Virus record (IMG/VR): IMGVR_UViG_3300024248_000398
Span: 1-29,845 of that record
Source: a virus
Lineage: Duplodnaviria > Caudoviricetes
Direction: 5' to 3' (one strand)
Length of the DNA: 29,845 nt
The number at the start of each line of letters is the position of its first letter. Position 1 is the stretch's first letter. Shown one piece after another: positions 25,948-29,845 of the stretch. Position numbers and translations under genes: made by a program. The notes under the pieces were generated by a model. It did no database searches, was not told where the DNA came from, and saw only the letters and a list, made by a program, of their open reading frames with translations.

Positions 25948-26980
25948 AGTAGCTATATTTTCTGATATACATTTAGGTGTTCACCAGAATAGTGATTTCT
26001 GGTTAGGTATATCAAATAAGTGGACTGATTGGTATATTAAAGAACTTAAAAATAAAAATATAACTGATATTATATTTTGTGGGGATTTTTTCCATTATAG
26101 GGATGAAATATCAGTTAAGACTTTAAATTTTGCTAAAGATATATTAGATAAGTTTAAGGATTTTAATATTACTATGATTACCGGTAACCATGATGCATGG
26201 TATAAAGATACATCAGAGATTAATAGTTTGAGTATTTTTAAAGGTTATAAAAACTTAACTGTATATGATAAACTATCAACGGTAGAATATAAAAATAAAA
26301 CGGTATCTTTTTGTCCATGGGGTACTAAAATAGAGGATATACCTAATAGTGATATAATTTTCGGTCATTTTGAATTGGAAAATTTTAAAATGAATATGTT
26401 TAAAATCTGCGACCATGGTGATGACCCAGATATACTAGTAGAAAAATCTAAATTAATATTCACTGGTCATTTTCATTCAAGAGATGAAAAACATTATAAG
26501 CGGCAAGACAGCTCTATCATTTATGTGGGTAATCCATATGAAATGGATTTCGGTGATACAATGCAAACGAAAGGTTATTATATTTTAGACTTTGATAATT
26601 TATCTTATGAATTTTTTGAAAATAATATTACACCTAAACATATAAAAATGGTTTTATCAAAATTGATTAATATTACTGAAGTAGAAGATGTATTTAAAAA
26701 TGCATTACCGGGTAATATTATAAAATTAATTATCGATAAAAATATTAGCAGTGATCATCTAGATGCGTTAGTTACAAAATTAACTACATATAAGCCAGTA
26801 GAATTAAGAATTGATTATGATGTAAATTATAATAAACTTAAGATTGAAAATGATGAAGATTATGATTTATCGGGTGTTGATATGAAGCATGCGATTGAAG
26901 AGTTTGTTAATATGTTAGATATAGAAAATAAAAAAGATGTGGTAAATTATACCCAATCACTTTACGATAGAGTTAAATGA
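25937..26980 (+). CDS. gp47: gp47 recombination nuclease subunit (Mre11/SbcD-like)
   Basis: DIHLG, GDFF, GNHD, GHF, TGHFH and YVGNPY phosphoesterase motifs. Confidence 0.92.
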   Translation: MMSKVAIFSDIHLGVHQNSDFWLGISNKWTDWYIKELKNKNITDIIFCGDFFHYRDEISVKTLNFAKDILDKFKDFNITMITGNHDAWYKDTSEINSLSIFKGYKNLTVYDKLSTVEYKNKTVSFCPWGTKIEDIPNSDIIFGHFELENFKMNMFKICDHGDDPDILVEKSKLIFTGHFHSRDEKHYKRQDSSIIYVGNPYEMDFGDTMQTKGYYILDFDNLSYEFFENNITPKHIKMVLSKLINITEVEDVFKNALPGNIIKLIIDKNISSDHLDALVTKLTTYKPVELRIDYDVNYNKLKIENDEDYDLSGVDMKHAIEEFVNMLDIENKKDVVNYTQSLYDRVK

Positions 26981-28782
26981 AATACGTAAGTTTTAAAGAA
27001 TTAAAAATTAAGAATTTTTTATCAATAGGGGAAGACCAAGTTGTAGTAAACTTCGAAAAAGGTTTACATATAGTAACTGGTATTAACAGAGATAAAGAAG
27101 ATAGGAGAAATGGTGTCGGTAAAAGTACAATAGCTGATGCTCTATACTTTGCTATATTCGGTCAAACTCTTAGAGATATTAAAAAGAATTTTATAGCTAA
27201 TAATCTAACATCAGGTACTTGTGAAGTACAATTATCTTTTACTGTTGATGATCCTAAACATGGTACTAATGACTTTGATATTATCCGTACTTTAAATCCT
27301 AGTAAGGTATACGTTTATAAAAACGGTAACGATAAAACGAGAGATAGTATATCAAATACTAATGAATATATTAATACAGTTTTATCATCTACTCCTGAAA
27401 TATTTCAAAACTGTGTTATAATGACTCTTAATAATCATATACCTTTTATGGGTAAGAGTAAAACTGAAAAAAGAAAGTTTATTGAACAAATTTTCAATTT
27501 AGAAGTCTTTAGTAAAATGCTTAGTGAATTACGCAATGAGCATAATGAAGTAAAGCGTAATTTTGATATTGAAATTACGAGATTAGAAGAAACAAATAAT
27601 CATTTAAATACACAGCAGCAACAAGTTGATAACTTTGAAGAAAATAAGAATCAAAGAATTAGTAGAATACATAATCAAATTAATTCAAAAAATACAGATT
27701 TAGAGAATTATAAGAATGAAAAAAATACAGTTGAATCATTAGATGAAAATCCTTATATTGAAAAACTAAATGAATTGCAAGAAAGAATAAATGAACTTGA
27801 TAAGAATAAAAATGAAGTTTATGAAAAAATAATTCAAAATAAGACTGATTTAAATTCAAATAAAAATATACTTGAAAAAATTGGTACTGAAGAAGCTACT
27901 TGCCCTGTTTGTTTAAGACCTTTAAAAGATCATGATAAAGATTTAATCGAATCTGAAAAAGAAAAACTAGAAAATATAACTACTAATATAGTAGAACTTA
28001 TAAAAGAACATAAAGCAGTATATGAAGGGATTAGTCATGATCTTAAAAAATATAATTCAGCAAAAACAAAGATAGATAGTAAACTTATTAGTATAAAAAA
28101 TCAAAAAAATAATATTTCTTACCTTGAACGTAATATAAGTGATGTAGAAAATGTTATTAAACAATATCAAACTGATATCGAAAATATTAAAAATGAAACT
28201 AATTCTTTCGAGGAGTTAATAACTTTATCAACTAATAAGATTAATGAAATTAAGCAAGAAATTGACTCACTTAAAAAGGTTATTAACTTAATGGATGTTG
28301 TTAAGTTTGTAGTTAGTGAAGAAGGTGTAAAGAGTTTTATCGTTAAAAAGATACTTTCACATTTCAATGGTAAGCTAACTCATTTCATGAAAAAATTAGA
28401 TAGTAACTGCGTTTGTATCTTTAATGAATATTTTGAAGAAGAAATTGTAAATGAAAAGGGTAAGATTTGTTTATATAATAACTTTTCAGGTGCTGAAAGA
28501 AAAGCTATTGACTTAGCTTGTTTATTTTCTTTTATGGATATGAGAAAATCACAAGGTGATGTATATTATAATATTAGTTTTTATGATGAATTATTTGATA
28601 GTAGTTTAGATGAAAAAGGGGTCGATTTAGTTTTAGAAATATTAAACGAGCGGGTGGAAAAGTATAATGAATGTGTTATGGTTATCAGCCACCGTAAAGA
28701 AAGTATTAAATCTGCCAACGGAGATGTAATATTTTTAGAAAAACATAATGGCATCACTAGAAGAGTAAATTTTGTTGATTAA
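26977..28782 (+). CDS. gp46: gp46 recombination ATPase subunit (Rad50/SbcC-like)
   Basis: KNFLSIG, NGVGKST, coiled coil with CPVC zinc hook, FSGAE, DELFDSSLD and ISH. Confidence 0.94.
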   Translation: MKYVSFKELKIKNFLSIGEDQVVVNFEKGLHIVTGINRDKEDRRNGVGKSTIADALYFAIFGQTLRDIKKNFIANNLTSGTCEVQLSFTVDDPKHGTNDFDIIRTLNPSKVYVYKNGNDKTRDSISNTNEYINTVLSSTPEIFQNCVIMTLNNHIPFMGKSKTEKRKFIEQIFNLEVFSKMLSELRNEHNEVKRNFDIEITRLEETNNHLNTQQQQVDNFEENKNQRISRIHNQINSKNTDLENYKNEKNTVESLDENPYIEKLNELQERINELDKNKNEVYEKIIQNKTDLNSNKNILEKIGTEEATCPVCLRPLKDHDKDLIESEKEKLENITTNIVELIKEHKAVYEGISHDLKKYNSAKTKIDSKLISIKNQKNNISYLERNISDVENVIKQYQTDIENIKNETNSFEELITLSTNKINEIKQEIDSLKKVINLMDVVKFVVSEEGVKSFIVKKILSHFNGKLTHFMKKLDSNCVCIFNEYFEEEIVNEKGKICLYNNFSGAERKAIDLACLFSFMDMRKSQGDVYYNISFYDELFDSSLDEKGVDLVLEILNERVEKYNECVMVISHRKESIKSANGDVIFLEKHNGITRRVNFVD

Positions 28783-28790
28783 TTAATATT

Positions 28791-29845
28791 ATGCATATTC
28801 AAGGCAATATACCTTTTCAAACCCCTGCATTTGGTCAAAAACCATTTCAAAGTAATATTATTATACCAAATAGACCGGTAATAACTAAACCAAAAAGTTC
28901 AGAGAGAGATCTGCCTAGATTTTTAAATTATTACGCTGATTATTCAGGTTGCGGACATTGGAGAATGATATGGCCAGAGCAAGTTATGAATGCTCATAGT
29001 AAAGCTGTTGTGCATGGTACAACGGTGATGAATGTTGATGAAAGATATTATGTTCAAGCTAAAGGGGTGAGGATACAAAGACAAGCAACACCTCAACAAT
29101 TAGAGTTTGTTAAATGGTTAAGAAGAATTGCTGATAAAAATAATTTTAGACTAATTTATGAAATTGATGATATTTGTTTTCATGAAGATATACCTGATTA
29201 TAACAAATATAAGACTGCATTTACCGATCCTAAGATTAGAAATTCAGCTCAAGAAATGATGTCAATTTGCGATGAAATTACTGTAACATGTCCGTTCATG
29301 AGAGATTATTATAAGGATAAAACCGGTAATCAAAATGTAACAGTTGTACCGAATTTTATGCCTAAATTTTGGTTAGGTCATTATGAAAATCATAACAGAA
29401 CGATGGAAAGTTATGATAAGCATAAAAAGAAACCAAGAATCTTATATGCTGGTTCTGGTGCTCATTTCGATACTGAACAGAGGGTTAAATTTAAAGATGA
29501 CTTTTATCATGTGAATGAAGTTATTAGAAAAACAGTTGATAAATATCAATGGGTATTTTTAGGAGCACATCCACTACCTATTAGAGATTTAGTACAGTCT
29601 GGAAAGGTTGAATTCCATCCCTGGAAGAGATTATTTGAGTATGGTCAAGGTTTATACGATTTAAATGTCAATATGGTTGTTGCTCCTTTACAGGATAATA
29701 CTTTCAATAGAGCTAAATCAGATTTAAAATATATTGAAGCTTGTGCATTAGGTTTACCGATTGCTTGTCAAGACTTATGCACATATGAAAATGCACCAAT
29801 TAAATTTAGAACTGGTGATGAAATGATTGCTCAAATTGAAACTAC
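28791..29845 (+). CDS. GT-B fold glycosyltransferase (3' end outside window)
   Basis: Not in the ORF track. Translated from ATG 28791: MHIQGNIPFQ...ADYSGCGHWRMIWP...IQRQ...YEIDD...YAGSGAH...APLQDNTFNRAKSDLKYIEACALGLP. Confidence 0.82.
   Translation, partial: MHIQGNIPFQTPAFGQKPFQSNIIIPNRPVITKPKSSERDLPRFLNYYADYSGCGHWRMIWPEQVMNAHSKAVVHGTTVMNVDERYYVQAKGVRIQRQATPQQLEFVKWLRRIADKNNFRLIYEIDDICFHEDIPDYNKYKTAFTDPKIRNSAQEMMSICDEITVTCPFMRDYYKDKTGNQNVTVVPNFMPKFWLGHYENHNRTMESYDKHKKKPRILYAGSGAHFDTEQRVKFKDDFYHVNEVIRKTVDKYQWVFLGAHPLPIRDLVQSGKVEFHPWKRLFEYGQGLYDLNVNMVVAPLQDNTFNRAKSDLKYIEACALGLPIACQDLCTYENAPIKFRTGDEMIAQIET

Noticed and set aside
1691-28367. Short antisense or alternate-frame ORFs in the track (1691, 4348, 6725, 7202, 9655, 9806, 15189, 15660, 16183, 16651, 17185, 17301, 19555, 20542, 22151, 23227, 28167)
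   Set aside because: They lie within or largely overlap better-supported genes and carry no recognisable motifs.
1-29845. Stop-codon reassignment
   Set aside because: Conserved genes are intact in the standard code, and TAA, TGA and TAG all end genes at sensible positions.
1-29845. tRNA, rRNA, structured ncRNA genes or intrinsic terminators
   Set aside because: Intergenic gaps are only tens of bases, convergent genes abut or overlap at their stops (1638/1639, 18127-18130), and I saw no convincing cloverleaf or GC hairpin with a U-tract.

Overview
This window is an AT-rich segment of a large T4-like (myovirus) phage genome, read with the standard genetic code. The right arm holds the T4-like core block uvsY-uvsW-gp55 (late sigma)-gp47-gp46, followed by a partial GT-B glycosyltransferase. 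The middle (about 14.8-23.6 kb) holds late-type genes, many small and basic or acidic, with N-termini resembling the T4 capsid-targeting sequence. It includes an RNA-ligase-like/HxGH nucleotidyltransferase fusion, a PD-(D/E)xK-like protein and a GIY-YIG nuclease. From about 2.3 to 14.8 kb is a tightly packed minus-strand tailoring-enzyme cluster: five glycosyltransferase-like genes (three of them paralogs), an amidinotransferase, DegT-type and class I/II aminotransferases, a PIG-L deacetylase, two radical SAM/SPASM-type enzymes, two SDRs and a 2OG-Fe(II) oxygenase. The cluster lies directly downstream of a Cys-rich putative virion protein. The left end has folE2, a retropepsin-like protease, an Hc1 histone-like gene and a partial ORF with a (PGPGGK)n repeat. 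The main observations are (i) an aminoglycoside-like amino/guanidino-sugar pathway in a phage, (ii) promoter geometry (TAAATA-N5-start and TTGnnn-N16-TATAAT-N6-start) implying widespread leaderless mRNAs, and (iii) a set of probable capsid-packaged, protease-processed cargo proteins. All family calls come from motif recognition by eye; no database search was run.
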